In this document: positions 1 to 11,215 of the stretch, piece by piece | How positions within the stretch are numbered: position 1 is the first letter of the stretch | How the letters are laid out: each line of letters starts with the position of its first letter | Origin: Mobula hypostoma | Lineage: Eukaryota | DNA length: 64,000 nt | Reading direction: 5' to 3' | Assembly (NCBI RefSeq): GCF_963921235.1 | Contig: NC_086097.1 | Span: 15,500,001 to 15,564,000 of the forward strand | Notes under the pieces: generated by a model | What the model saw: the letters and a program-made list of their open reading frames with translations, nothing else | What the model was told of the DNA's origin: nothing | Databases searched by the model: none | Translations under genes and position numbers: made by a program

Positions 1-44
1 TAAAGGCTCAAAGGTTCATTTATTATCAAAAGTATGTATCCGTA

Positions 45-616
45 GACAAGGGTGTGTTTTCTCCCCTGATTTGTTTAATGTGTACAGTGAAACAATATTA
101 CAAAAAAAAGAGACATCTTGGGAATCAAAGTTGGCGGTGAAAACATCAATAATTTCAGATATGCAGATGACATTGTGTTAATTGCAAGTACAGAGAAAGA
201 ACTACAAAACTTAATATAATTGTTGAACAAAGTGCAAAAATGGGTCTATCTATCAATTGCAAAAAGAAAGAATGTATGGTGATATCCAAAAAGAAGGAGA
301 ATCCTATCTGCAGGCTGAGAATAAATAGGGAAGACATAAAACAAGTACAGAACTTTTACTACTTAGGAAGCTGGGTGACATCAGATGGCAGGTGCGACTT
401 GGACATTAAAAGAAGAATAGGGATGGTAAAAGACACCTTTACAAGAATGAAGAGTATACTGACCAATACTAAACTAGGCATGACAACCTGCCTCAGAGTA
501 CTGAAATGTTACGTTTATCCAGTTGTTATATGGCTCAGAATGTTGGATAATATCTAGTAACATGAGGAAACGAATTGTAGCAGCAGAGATGTGGTTTTTG
601 AGGAGGATGCAAAGAA
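45..616 (+). mobile_element. RTE-clade LINE reverse transcriptase fragment (frameshifted)
   Basis: Translates RQGCVFSPDLFN...NNFRYADDIVLIA...GLSINCKKKECM...FYYLGS...DIKRRIGM...EMWFLRRMQRI, typical of an RTE RT. Ends at the TA where a Tigger element begins. Confidence 0.85.
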
Positions 617-618
617 TA

Positions 619-2238
619 CAGGTTTCCCCTGCCATCTGAAGGTAGAGCATCCTATGAAACGGTTCGTAAGCCGGAATGTAGTAAAGCGAAGAAGCAATTA
701 CCATTTATTTATATGGGAAAATTTTGTGAGCGTTCACAGACCCGAAAATAACTTACCAAATCATGCCAAATAACGCATAAAACCTAAAATAACAGTAACA
801 TATAATAAAAGCAGGAATGATATGATAAATACACAGCCTATATAAAGTAGAAATACTTTTCCACAATCATTGCCGGCACTGTTCTCCGTAGCGAAAATCT
901 CACGCAAGCGCTCTCGGCAGAAAATCTCATGCAAGCGCTGTTGGCAAAAACACTCTCTCCAGTAACCTTTCAGTTATGAAGCTGCCAAATCATACCAAAT
1001 AACACGTAAAAATACACAGCCTATATAAAGTAGAAATAATGTATGTACAGTGTAGTATCACTTGCCGGAATTGGGACAGCGCAGAGCACACTGATGATGG
1101 TATGTTAGACTGAGTCGTCGGAGTTTGGGTGGTGCAGTCACCCGATACCGATCCGCAAAGCATGCAGGGGTGCAGCGGTAGCCGGGAGGCACACAGCACA
1201 TCTTTAAGAAAAAAGCTGAAATAAACAAGCTAATTAATTAGGTGCCGCCCGGCACGTAAATGTCAGCCCAGATCAGAGGCAACGCAATCGGCAATCGCCT
1301 CTGATCTGTGCCGACATTTACGTGCCGGGCGGCACCTAATTAATTAGCATGTTTATTTTGGCTTTTTTCTTAAAGATGTGCTGTGTGTCTCCAGGCTGCT
1401 GCTGCATTCTCTGCGAATCGGTATCTGTCCGCGGCCTGGGGATTGGGGTGGTGGGACACTGAGGTGTCAATTCATCGTCTGTTTCCATTAGGGCAGGCAG
1501 CTCATCTTCTCCTATGACTGCCCGCCTTGATGTCGAAGGTTGAGGTTCGTCGTCTGCTGTGGCTGATGTGGAAGGCTTGCTTGACTGCTTAGCCTCGCGC
1601 ACTTTTCTATCATACAGTTCTTTGTAAGGACTCAAACCATCTCGCAAATATGCCCTAAAGCTACGTACCCTTTCAAAATTAAAGTCGTACTTTATCATCG
1701 CAGCGAAAATCTCATGTAGTTGTCTCACGTCCAGTTCTTGGATGACTTCACTTTTGCTACTGAATTCGGTTTCGATTGTTATCCTTTCCTCTTCCAATTG
1801 CATCAGCTCTTCATCTATCAGTTCTTGGTCATGGGATGCCAAAACCTCTTCAACATCATCTTCGTCAGTTTCCACAAGCCAAACTTACCTTGTCCTTCCT
1901 TCGTTCACCACGATGGAAACGCTTAATTATGTCTAGTTTTATGCTAAGTGTAACACCCTTACGAGCTCTTTTAGGCTTTTCCGATGCTTTAGAACTCACC
2001 TTGCTAACGGCTGCACACAGGAGCGTGTTTAAGCAATGCTGGCTAAAATGCAGTTCCAGATCCGGGGAGAGCGGCTGCTTGGGGCGCGCGCTGCTTTTTA
2101 TCGTGCACTGCTTTTCCCCGCGCACTGCCTTCTTCATAACAGTGAAAGCACCTTCTGTTAGCGAAAACGGAACTAATGTAGGTCTTTCGAAACAGTGAAG
2201 TTTCGTAAAGCGAACGTTCGAAAAGCAAGGGACACCTG
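619..2238 (-). mobile_element. Tigger/pogo DNA transposon, internally deleted
   Basis: TA on both flanks. Imperfect ~22-bp TIRs (caggtttcccctgccatctgaa / revcomp caggtgtcccttgcttttcgaa). Minus-strand remnants of a CENP-B-type N-terminus (KRARKGVTLSIKLDIIKRFHRGER) join directly to an acidic C-terminus (EDDVEEVLASHDQELIDEELMQLEEE). No DDE domain. Confidence 0.85.
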
Positions 2239-2489
2239 TAACGCTCTCTAGAAAACATTTTTGAAGGCAATCTAATTGAGCTCAATCAAGTTTCATGTCT
2301 TCATTGAGTATAATTATGTGGAAAATATTCAGTCATATCTGTTCACATAGTGCACAAGTCATCAACTGATACAGTGTAAAATAATATTTACTCTGGACAG
2401 AATAGTCAGCATGACTAATACTAGAGTTATGAAACTGATAGCTGAAGATATTTGCCAACGTGGAGAGTTCACGTGTGATTAACAACTAG

Positions 2490-2750
2490 CTATTGGAGCT
2501 CTGGCATCAGAGTTCGGACTTCAATTCCGTCATCCTCTATATGGAATTTGTACATTCTCCCTGTGACTGCGTGGGTTTCCTCCAGGTTCTCTGGTTTCGT
2601 TCCACAGTCTAAAGGTGTACTGGTTAATTGATCATTGTAAGTTGTCCTACGATTAGGTTAGGGTTAAATAGGTAGGTTGCTGGATGGTGCAGCTTGTTGG
2701 GCTGGAGAGCCTGTTCCACACTGTAGCTATATCTCTAAAATAAATAAATT
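2490..2750 (+). mobile_element. V-SINE (HE1-like), decayed
   Basis: V-domain core tttgtacattctccctgtgactgcgtgggtttcctccagg...cacagtctaaag and an A-rich tail. Confidence 0.7.
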
Positions 2751-3477
2751 TTAAAACAGCCACTGGACTTTACATGCTGTTCACTAACACTCACACGACA
2801 AACAAATGATATAGGTGTGAAGACTCATTTTAATGAACCATGGCTTATGTTTAGATTCAACTCTGCAAAAAAAAACATTTTAAAAAGGCATTTTGATAAA
2901 GTTGGCATTAATGAGTAGAAAAGTCTGGCTCACATTGCAGACAGTTGAAGCTTTTGAAATAACTAACACTAGATCAATTTTCAAACCATTAAAAGTGTTT
3001 TTGTCTGAAAATCACAATTTACACAACAAAGGATGGATTGTGTATTAAGGACTTTGAGATGTTCTGAGGGGCATAGTGAAGTGGCGTAGAAATGCAAGTA
3101 TTTAAAAGTTCATATCCACTTCAAATAGCTATTGAACCATGCCCAGATTAAATTATCTGGTTGAGTTTGGCTTCTGTCAAGAACCAATTTTAACCAGCTC
3201 CATTCATCCATGTGATATTGGATCGCAAAGGCAAACATCAAGAATATCACATCACTGCATGATGCATGGAAGAGAGACAGAATAGTTCAGTAATGTAAAG
3301 GCTTGTTCTTCTCTGCCCACACCCCGGTTGCTTTTTCTAGTAGGTTTATATAACTGAATTTTATATTAGCTACTAATAGGCAAGATGTTGCAGGGTGCTG
3401 GAAATTCAAAACAACTTACACAAAATGCTGGAGGAACTCAGCAGGTCAGGCAGCATCTGTGGAGGCCTTGATAGAAG

Positions 3478-3715
3478 CATAGAAAACCTACAGCACCATA
3501 CAGGCTCTTCGGCCCACAAAGTTGTGCCGAACATGTCCCTAGTTTAGAAATTACTAGGCGTACCTATAGCCCTCTATTTTTCTAAGCTCCATGTACCTAT
3601 CCAAAAGACATCTTAAAAGACCCTATGGTATCTGCCTCCACCACCGTTCCTGGCAGCCCATTCCATGCACTCACCACTCTCTGAGTAAAAAACTTACCCC
3701 TGACATCTCCTCTGT
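3478..3715 (-). mobile_element. CR1 LINE 3' end inserted in a Penelope-like terminal fragment
   Basis: atagaagcatagaa tail and reverse-complement CR1 3' UTR. Flanked by pLTR-like pieces at ~3390-3465 and ~3720-3790. Confidence 0.6.
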
Positions 3716-4460
3716 ACCTCAGCCTGAAATGAGGACTGTTTACTCTTTTCCTGCCCTGTTGAGTTCCTCCGGCGTTTTGTGTGTTTGTTGCTTTTAAACT
3801 GCATGCATTTATTCTATGGGAAAACGTAGCATTATGTTTTTATTCAGTGAGGTTCCTCAGATATGTGAAGAGACACTTTAAAGAGGAAAATGTTGATAGG
3901 GACACCAGGGTAACTCCCAGCTTTTATTGAAGCATAATGATGAGATCTTGAAAGACCACCTGGGCATAAGGATGAGCTTGTGACTCATTTTCTTGCCTGA
4001 AAGAATTTCCCGCCTTCAGTGAAGCAGTGTTTCATTGCTGCTTTGAAGTATTTATGAGATTAGATACTTAAGACTTTAGGGGGTTTAAGTCCTCAAGTTT
4101 AGGATTTACCCAAGTTTAGCATACTTGAGGAATCTCAGTTACAAGAGAATCTCAGTTGCTTCTGATATATTCCCAAATTGCCATTTTCCCAGCAGATTTA
4201 GTATGTAGTATATGAGTACATGCTGTATTTGTGGCATACTCTGATCTCTCTGGTAGAGGAACCAGGCTGTAGTTTAAATTATTTCATATACAAAAGGGAG
4301 AAGAATGATTTGTACTTGTATTGTAGATTTTGTGGTGTTTGCTTATCCTGAAGTGTTTTATAGTCAATTACAGAATTTTAGTCACTTTTTGTAATATAGG
4401 GCATCAAACCAACCAAGTTATTCTCCACGTGTGTTGTAATCAACAGGTTATTAAGGATAT

Positions 4461-5021
4461 GATTGTTCGTCCATTGTTGACGTCGATGAGGACCTCGACA
4501 CCATTATGATGGTGTCGAGACTGGCGCGTCATTTGGATTTAAGTGAGGGAGAGTTGCGCAGAGTCAGCCTCACTCTCTCTTCCCAATTCCCATCTGGATC
4601 CAGTGGCATGACAGAGTCTAGACGGCTGGAGATGGGACGAGGCGCAGTGGATGACCAGGATGTCTTCTGTGTCGTCCTGCTCTACACGTTCCACGACACT
4701 TGCAGAGACCGCCTTCTTGACCGTTGGACCTTCCATGGGTCTCGTCCGCTCAATCCGCCGGAGTCTGTCTTCACATGCTGGGATAGACAACACCCTATCT
4801 CACCGAGGGTTTGAGACCCGTCGGCTACCCTCACCTGCTTTAGCCGGCTTGTTGAAGCTGTTACCCGGGGTGTGGCCGCTGTCGCATGCAAACAGCTACG
4901 GGGAGCCACAGGTGAGAGCTGAGTGCCAGGTGGGGACCAAAGGTGGACTAACCGCCCTGAAAAGGACACGACATGTTCCCCCACCAGAGGTGCTACCCCT
5001 CCCTGACACCCCATACACCCC
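4461..5021 (-). mobile_element. Non-autonomous, non-coding retroelement (probably RTE-dependent) with 12-bp TSD
   Basis: Direct repeat tattaaggatat at 4449-4460 and 5029-5040. GC- and CpG-rich body in AT-rich flanks. No recognisable protein. Perfect 11-bp hairpin at 4494-4519. Confidence 0.75.
4828..5021 (-). ncRNA. Putative HDV-like self-cleaving ribozyme
   Basis: Manual fold of the minus strand gives P1 GGGGUGU/ACACCCC, P2 CUCACCUG/CAGGUGAG, P3 GGC/GCC, L3 UCCCCGU, P1.1 CC/GG, a short P4 and J4/2 GGCUAA, in the nested double-pseudoknot order. Confidence 0.7.
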
Positions 5022-5244
5022 AAGGATATATTAAGGATATAAGAGCATGAGAAACAGTAAGATTATGCCTAACTGAGACCGCTCCACCACTCAGTAAATC
5101 GTGGCTGACCTGGCTTTGGTGATGTTTGAGGAATCAATGCTAGTTGGAACACAACAGATTATGCAGGCTCCTTGTAATTGATATCGGTTTATTATTGGAA
5201 CAATTGCCAAGGTCAGTGAAAAGCTTGTTTTGCATTTTGTTTGT

Positions 5245-5822
5245 TTGGTATGTGCTGTGTTGTATGACATAGGATAGGTGATCATGGTGTTTCCGTGACC
5301 ATGATTGTTCTTGGCAAATTTTTCTACAGAAGTGGTTTGCCATTACTGCCTTCTAGGCAGTGTCTTTACAAGATTGGTGCTCCCCCCCCTCCCCCCCAGC
5401 CATTATCAATACTCTTCAATGCAAACAACAGGAATCCTGCAGATGCTGGAAATTCAAGCAACACACATAAAAGTTGCTGGTGAACACAGCAGGCCAGGCA
5501 GCATCTCTAGGAAGAGGTGCTTCCTAGAAATGCTGCCTGGCCTGCTGCGTTCACCAGCAACTTTTATGTGTGTTGCATCAATACTCTTCAGAAGTTGTCT
5601 GCCTGGTGTCAGTGGTTGCATAACCGGGACTTGTGATGTGCACCAGCTGCTCATACAACCATTTGCCACTTGCTCTAATGGTCACCTGCTTCACGTGACC
5701 TTGGTGGGAGTGGGGCGAGGCTAAGCAGGTGCTACACCTCACCCAAGGGTGACCTGCAGGCTAGCGGACAGAAGGAGCACCTTACACTTCCTTTGGTAGA
5801 GACATATCTCCACCCTGTCACC
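5245..5822 (-). mobile_element. SINE-like element with RTE/BovB-type 3' tail, interrupted by a Penelope-derived insert
   Basis: Reverse complement matches 30918-31295. The tail aaggcagtaatggcaaaccacttctgtagaaaaatttgccaagaacaatcatgg resembles RTE-partner SINE tails. Confidence 0.65.
5419..5576. mobile_element. Penelope-like terminal-repeat insert, fold-back structure, 14-bp TSD
   Basis: atcaatactcttca at 5405-5418 and 5577-5590. The internal ~60-bp inverted repeat is the same family as 18901 and 46147. Confidence 0.75.
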
Positions 5823-5824
5823 TA

Positions 5825-6515
5825 TATTATTCATACAGTCCAAATGATTACACAGTGCATTGAGGTAGTACAAGGTAAAACAATAACAATGCAGAATGAA
5901 ATGTAACAGCTAAAGAGAAAGCCTGGTGCAGATAGACAAGAAGGTGGAAGATCACAGAAAAGTAGTTAGTGAGGTCAAAAGTCTATCTTCTTTTTATACT
6001 AGTGGAACATTAAGTAGTCTAGTAACGGGAGTAGAAGCTGTCCTCAAGCCTGGTGATACATGCTCTCAGTCTCTTGTATCTTCTGCCAGATGGGAGAGGG
6101 GAGAAGAGAAAATGTCTAGGGTCAAAAGGATTTGGTTATGCTGGCTGCTTTACTGAAGCAGTAAGATTATTGATAGCCCATACAGGGGAGGGTAGTTTCT
6201 ATGTGCTGAGCTGTGTTTGCAGTTCCCATACCAAGCTGTGGCACATCCAAATAGAATGTTTTTTATGATGCATTGATTCAAAATTGGTAAGGGCAATGAA
6301 AGCATGCTAAATTTCTTTAGCCTTCTGAAGAAGTAGAGGCATTGGTGAGTTTTCTTGGCTGTGGAGTCTATATGCTTTCTGCTTGGACAAGGAGAGGCTA
6401 TTGGTGACGCTCACTCCCAGGAACCTGAAGGTCTTAACCCTCTCTGTCTCAACAGCATTGAAGTATGTGCACTTCCTCCTTTCTTGAAGTTAATGTCCAG
6501 CTCTTTTGCTGTCAT
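5825..6515 (-). mobile_element. Decayed Rex1/Babar-like LINE 3' fragment
   Basis: Reverse complement resembles the other Rex-like RT C-termini in the window (ctttagccttctgaagaagtagaggcattg = QCLYFFRRLK). Confidence 0.55.
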
Positions 6516-6749
6516 GTCGTACGTCCTTTTTCCTGTTCAATGCATGAACTGGGCCAATAGTCCGTATACTGCAAGAATACATTAAATACAACAATAGCTT
6601 TAGTGCTTGTGTTAAGATTGCATTCTAATAGATAATTGTGCATTACAAACAATGGTCATGATATTGAAGTGAGATCGACAGTTTGCAAAAGAGAGAATAT
6701 AGAATGACTCAGACATCCCAGAATGTAATTGAATATGTTGATCAGTTTA

Positions 6750-7268
6750 TATGAGCACAATCAGGGCAGAAGCATCGTGTAATTTGATTGTAGTGAATTT
6801 CTGATGGAGGATTTTTGGAATCCATTTGAGCAGAAGGTGGTAATTGATGGCGAAATGTTAGAACACTGGGCTGGGAAGGTATAACAAGATTTGCCTCAGC
6901 CAGAGTTACCAAGTGGTTTAAGTGGTCACTGGTGGTAATATGAGATGACTCCCCTGGTTCTGATGAGAGCTTTCTCAGATTATTGAAGGGGGCCGGAGAG
7001 TAGATTGTTACAGACTGAACAGAGTTCTTTATAGGTGAAGTCACAGAGGACTAGAGAAAGGCCGGTGCTATTCCTTTGTTTGAAAAGGGCAGTAGGGACA
7101 AACTAGGAAGTTACAGGTTAGTGAGCCTTTCATCAGTGGCAGGGAATTTATTGGAGAAAATTCTTGGACTATGGGAACAAGTATGGAGCTACCAGCCAGC
7201 CTGGTTTTGTGTGGGGGGACTGTCATGTTTTGTAAGGAACTGTGTTTTTGAGGAGGTGATGAAGATAA
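6750..7268 (+). mobile_element. Decayed CR1 LINE ORF2 fragment
   Basis: PLFEKGSRDKLGSYRLVSLSSVAGNLLEKI motif. More decayed pieces continue at ~7980-8100. Confidence 0.65.
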
Positions 7269-7474
7269 TTGAAGTTCAAAGTAAATTTATTATCAAAGTG
7301 TATGTATGTGACCATATACTACCCCAAGATTCATTTTCTTGTGGGCATTCACAGTAAATACAAAGAAACACAATAGAATCAATGAAAAGCTTCAACAAAA
7401 ACAACCAATGTGCAAAAGACAACACTGTGCAAATAAAATTTAAAAAAAACAAAATAATAACAACAAATAAGCAA

Positions 7475-7630
7475 ACTCGAGGAAATCTGCAGATGCTGGA
7501 AGTTCAAGCAACACACACAAAAAATGCTGGTGGACCCTTCCTGAAGGGTCTCGGCCCGAAACGTTGACTGTACCTCTTCCTATAGATGCTGCCTGGCCTG
7601 CTGCGTTCACCAGCATTTTTTGTGTGTGTT
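7475..7630. mobile_element. Penelope-like terminal-repeat insert with 15-bp TSD and degenerate hammerhead
   Basis: acaacaaataagcaa at 7460-7474 and 7631-7645. Contains ctgaagggtctcggcccgaaacgttgact. Confidence 0.75.
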
Positions 7631-7744
7631 ACAACAAATAAGCAATGAATATCGATAACATAAGATGAAGAGTCATTGAAAGTGAATCCATAGTTTGTGG
7701 GTACATTTCAGTGATGGGGTGAGTGAAGTTGAGTAAAATTATTC

Positions 7745-7959
7745 TGTAGGCTAGTATAGTTGCTGGAAACATACATAACTCACAACCACCGACATTGACT
7801 TGGGATTGACTTTAAGTGGCTGGTCTGACATGATGACGTATTACATGAAGTTCTGTTACTGCACTTTTTGTGTTCAATGTTCGGAGTATAATAAATGAGT
7901 TGTTACAGATTTTCTTAAACATAAAACACCTCCATTCATTTTATTTGTGAAAACCTACA
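7745..7959 (+). mobile_element. Solo LTR (Gypsy-like), 215 bp
   Basis: Termini tgtagg...cctaca, 4-bp TSD attc (7741-7744, 7960-7963) and an internal aataaa near 7890. Confidence 0.7.
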
Positions 7960-8124
7960 ATTCACTCTGGTTAAGTGGTCAGTAGATGCTGTCAACATGG
8001 ACTTTAGTAAAGCATTTGACACAAACCCTCGTGGTGGCTGTTCAGAAGATTAAGGCACATGGGATCCAAAAGCACTCTACAGATATTAGCATTTAAGAGA
8101 CATAGAAACTGGCAGGGGATAGAG

Positions 8125-8204
8125 CAGGGGTTCCCAACCTTTTTTATGCCATGGACCAATACCATTAAGCAAGGGGTCCAAGGACCCCAGGTTGGCAACC
8201 CCTG
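8125..8204. mobile_element. 80-bp hAT-Charlie-type MITE
   Basis: TIRs caggggttcccaacct / aggttggcaacccctg. Flanks share tagag, an imperfect TSD. Confidence 0.75.
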
Positions 8205-9289
8205 CTAGAGGGATATAAACCACTTGCAGGAAAATGGTATTATGGGCAATACACTCATCAGGGGGTTCCAAATGAGGATAAATAAAAGGTAATGCCTATT
8301 GTCAGGAATTTTTATTTTTTATAGATCATTGCAAATCTTCAGGATTCAAAGCCAACACAACTTGCCAGCACGAAAGTGAGTATAGGAAATCAGTTACAAG
8401 AAACGACTTGAAGTACTTGAGAAGAGAACAGGCCAGAGGGAAATTAATAGATGCTATTAGGATTTATGAGGATTTTGATGTTGTAAAGGCTCGAACAATT
8501 TTAATGGCTGAAAAGTTGGTGACAATTGAGCACAGCTGCTGAGCCTGAAGTTCTTAATTTAGGTGGTTTATGAGGATGAAGTACTTTCCATCAGTGGTGG
8601 TTGCAGCAGGAATCAGTAACTTTCAAGGAGATTGTGGATAAATATTTCAAGTAGTGGGCGATAAAGTTGAGAGATCTGTCTCCTGATACTCTAATGGGAA
8701 CCATTACAGTGCGTTAGCTTTTCTTGTACTGCAGACTTAATGATTTTATGACTCTCAATCTGAGTGTACAGTTTGTACTCTTGTATTTGTGAAGCCTTCA
8801 TATACTCCAAGCACTTGGAGAATTTTCAGAGATTTATGGATCAGGGAAAGGAGCTGACTGCGTTTTGAAAAAAAAAATCTCTACATTAAAACTCATAACA
8901 ATTTGTCAAGCTTTGAACTAGGGTGCCAAAGTGGCAGATTTTCTGGACTATTGGATGCTACAATCAACACATTTTAATTCGCTTTTATTGTATATTACAG
9001 ACATTTATGATAAATTTTCTATTGAAGCAGTAAGTTTAAAGTGAGCACAAGAAATTAGGCCCCAATGAATGGAAAGGGAGCACAACAAATATCACTTGGT
9101 GAGCTTGATGCTGCAGCATAGGGATCTCTACATGGTCAAATAACAGATTAACAGAGAAATACTATTCAAGCTGTCAAATCTGCAGAATCATTACATTTCC
9201 TCCCCAATGCAATAAAAAGACTTTGTAATAAGAGTCAAAGGGTGATTGGTCACCTTTTTCTTCTTAAGATGGCCATTATTAATTTCTTT

Positions 9290-9555
9290 TTATTTAGAGA
9301 TACAGCATGGAACAGGCCATTTCAGCACAATGAGCCACTCTGCCCAGCAAACCACCTATTTAACCCTAGCCTAATGACAGGAAAATTTACAATGAACGAT
9401 TAACCTAGTAATGGCTACATCTTTGGACTGCAGGAGGAAACTTGTGCGTTCACAGGGAGGACATACAAACTCCTTACAGAGGACACTGGAATTGAAGTCT
9501 GATGCCCTGAGCTGTAATAGCATCACACTAATTGCTATGCTACCGTGGTGCGCCT
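9290..9555 (-). mobile_element. V-SINE (HE1-like)
   Basis: Reverse complement has a tRNA-like head (gcgcaccacggtagcatagc...) and a V-domain core. Confidence 0.75.
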
Positions 9556-9676
9556 TATAACTCACCTCTTTGAACAGCTTTAGTTTTGCATTTAAGAGCA
9601 CCATTTAAATGGAAGTTGCCATTGTTCCTATGTTGTGAAAATGTGCATTCATTGCTATGCTTTGCTTGAATTTCAG

Positions 9677-9753
9677 ATGCTACTAGTGAACTACATGTAT
9701 CCAATTCTAAACTGAGGGACATTGAAACAGCCTACACTGCACAGAAATCAGAG
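9677..9753 (+). CDS. TRIP11: TRIP11/GMAP-210 coding exon (exon-2 equivalent)
   Basis: tttcag|...|gttggt, 77 bp, phase 1 to 0. (D)ATSELHVSNSKLRDIETAYTAQKSE resembles human [21 protein letters not shown]. Confidence 0.85.
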
Positions 9754-10006
9754 GTTGGTATGTGATACCTTCATGTTACAGGCACTTAACTAGAGACTTT
9801 GAGGCATTGCTATGGAATATTTTTCAAATGGTGACCAGTTTGCCTAGTTTGTTAAAGTAATTGACAGCTCACATTTTTGTGGTATGAAGTTCAAAGTTCA
9901 GAGTAAATTTATTATTAAAGTGCGTTCGTCACCATATGCTGCCCTCAGATTCATTTTCTCATGGGCAATCACAGTAACTACAAAGAAACACAATAGAATC
10001 AAGGAG

Positions 10007-10839
10007 TTGGATGCCATAGTTGGATGTATCAGCAAGGGAGATGAGGTTGAGTACAGGGCTACAGTAGGAAACTTTGTCACATGGTGTGAGCAGAATTATC
10101 TGCAGCTTAATGTGAAAAAGACTAAGGAGCTGGTGGTAGACCTGAGGAGAGCTAGGGTACTGGTGACCCCTGTTTCCATCCAGGGGGTCAGTGTGGACAT
10201 GGTGGAGGATTACAAATACCTGGGGATACGAATTGACAATAAACTGGACTGGTCAAAGAACACTGAGGCTGTCTACAAGAAGGGTCAGAGCCGTCTCTAT
10301 TTCCTGAGGAGACTGAGGTCCTTTAACATCTGCCGGACGATGCTGAGGATGTTCTACGAGTCTGTGGTGGTCAGTGCTTTTATGTTTGCTGTTGTGTGCT
10401 GGGGCAGCAGGCTGAGGGTAGCAGACACCAACAGAATCAGCAAACTCATTCGTAAGGCCAGTGATGTTGTGTAGATGGAACTGGACTCTCTGACTGTGGT
10501 GTCTGAAAAGAGGATGCTGTCCAAGTTGCATGCCATCTTGGATAATGTCTCCCATCCACTACATAATGTACTGGGTGGGCACAGGAGTACATTCAGCCAG
10601 AGACTCATTCCACCGAGATGCAACACTGAGTGTCATAGGAAGTCATTCCTGCCTGTGGCCAGCAAACTTTACAACTGCTCCCTTGGAGGGTCAGACACCC
10701 TGAGCCAATAGGCTGGTCCTGGATTTATTTCCTGGCATAATTTACATATTACTATTTAACTATTTATGGTTTTATTACTATTTAATTATTTATGGTGTAA
10801 CTGTAACAAAAACCAATTTCCCTCAGGATGACTATGACT
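10007..10839 (+). mobile_element. Rex1/Babar LINE, 5'-truncated
   Basis: RT C-terminus LQLNVKKTKELVVDLRR...YKYLGIRIDNKLDW...LYFLRRLRSF, a (gactat)n tail and TSD aaggag (10001-10006, 10840-10845). Confidence 0.85.
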
Positions 10840-10845
10840 AAGGAG

Positions 10846-11215
10846 AAACCACACACAACAAAGACGGGCAAACAGCCAATGTGCAGAAGACAACTAACTG
10901 TGCAACCACAAAAAGAGAAAAAAACAAAATGATAATAAATAAGCAATAAATATTGAGAACATGAATTGTAGATCCTTGAAAGTAAGTCCATAGGTTATGA
11001 GACTAGTTCAGTATTAGAGTGAGTGAAGTTATCCACTGTGGTTCAAGAGCCTGACAGTTGGGAGGAAAATGACCGTTCCTGAACCTGGTGGTATGGGACC
11101 TTGGGCTCCTGTGCTTCCTTCCTGATGGCAGCAGTGAGAAGAGAGAATGGCAAAGATGGTGGGCATTCTTGATGCTCGATGCTGCTTTCCTGTGACAGCG
11201 CTCCTTGTACATGTG
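10846..11215 (-). mobile_element. Rex/Babar-like LINE 3' fragment (host of the 10007 insertion; its tail is at ~9887-10000)
   Basis: ORF YKERCHRKAASSIKNAHHLCHSLFSLLPSGRKHRS...TTRFRN. Confidence 0.7.

Noticed and set aside
1336..1875. 179-aa acidic ORF as a domesticated TIGD gene
   Set aside because: It lies within TIRs and TA TSDs, lacks the DDE domain and is frameshifted relative to the N-terminal remnant.
4461..4525. Possible hammerhead (cgatgaggac...hairpin) at the element's other end
   Set aside because: It lacks the CUGA and GAAA core, so it is kept only as a hairpin.
4506..5034. Overlapping 84-127 aa ORFs on both strands
   Set aside because: No recognisable protein. They are explained by the GC-rich composition of a non-coding repeat.
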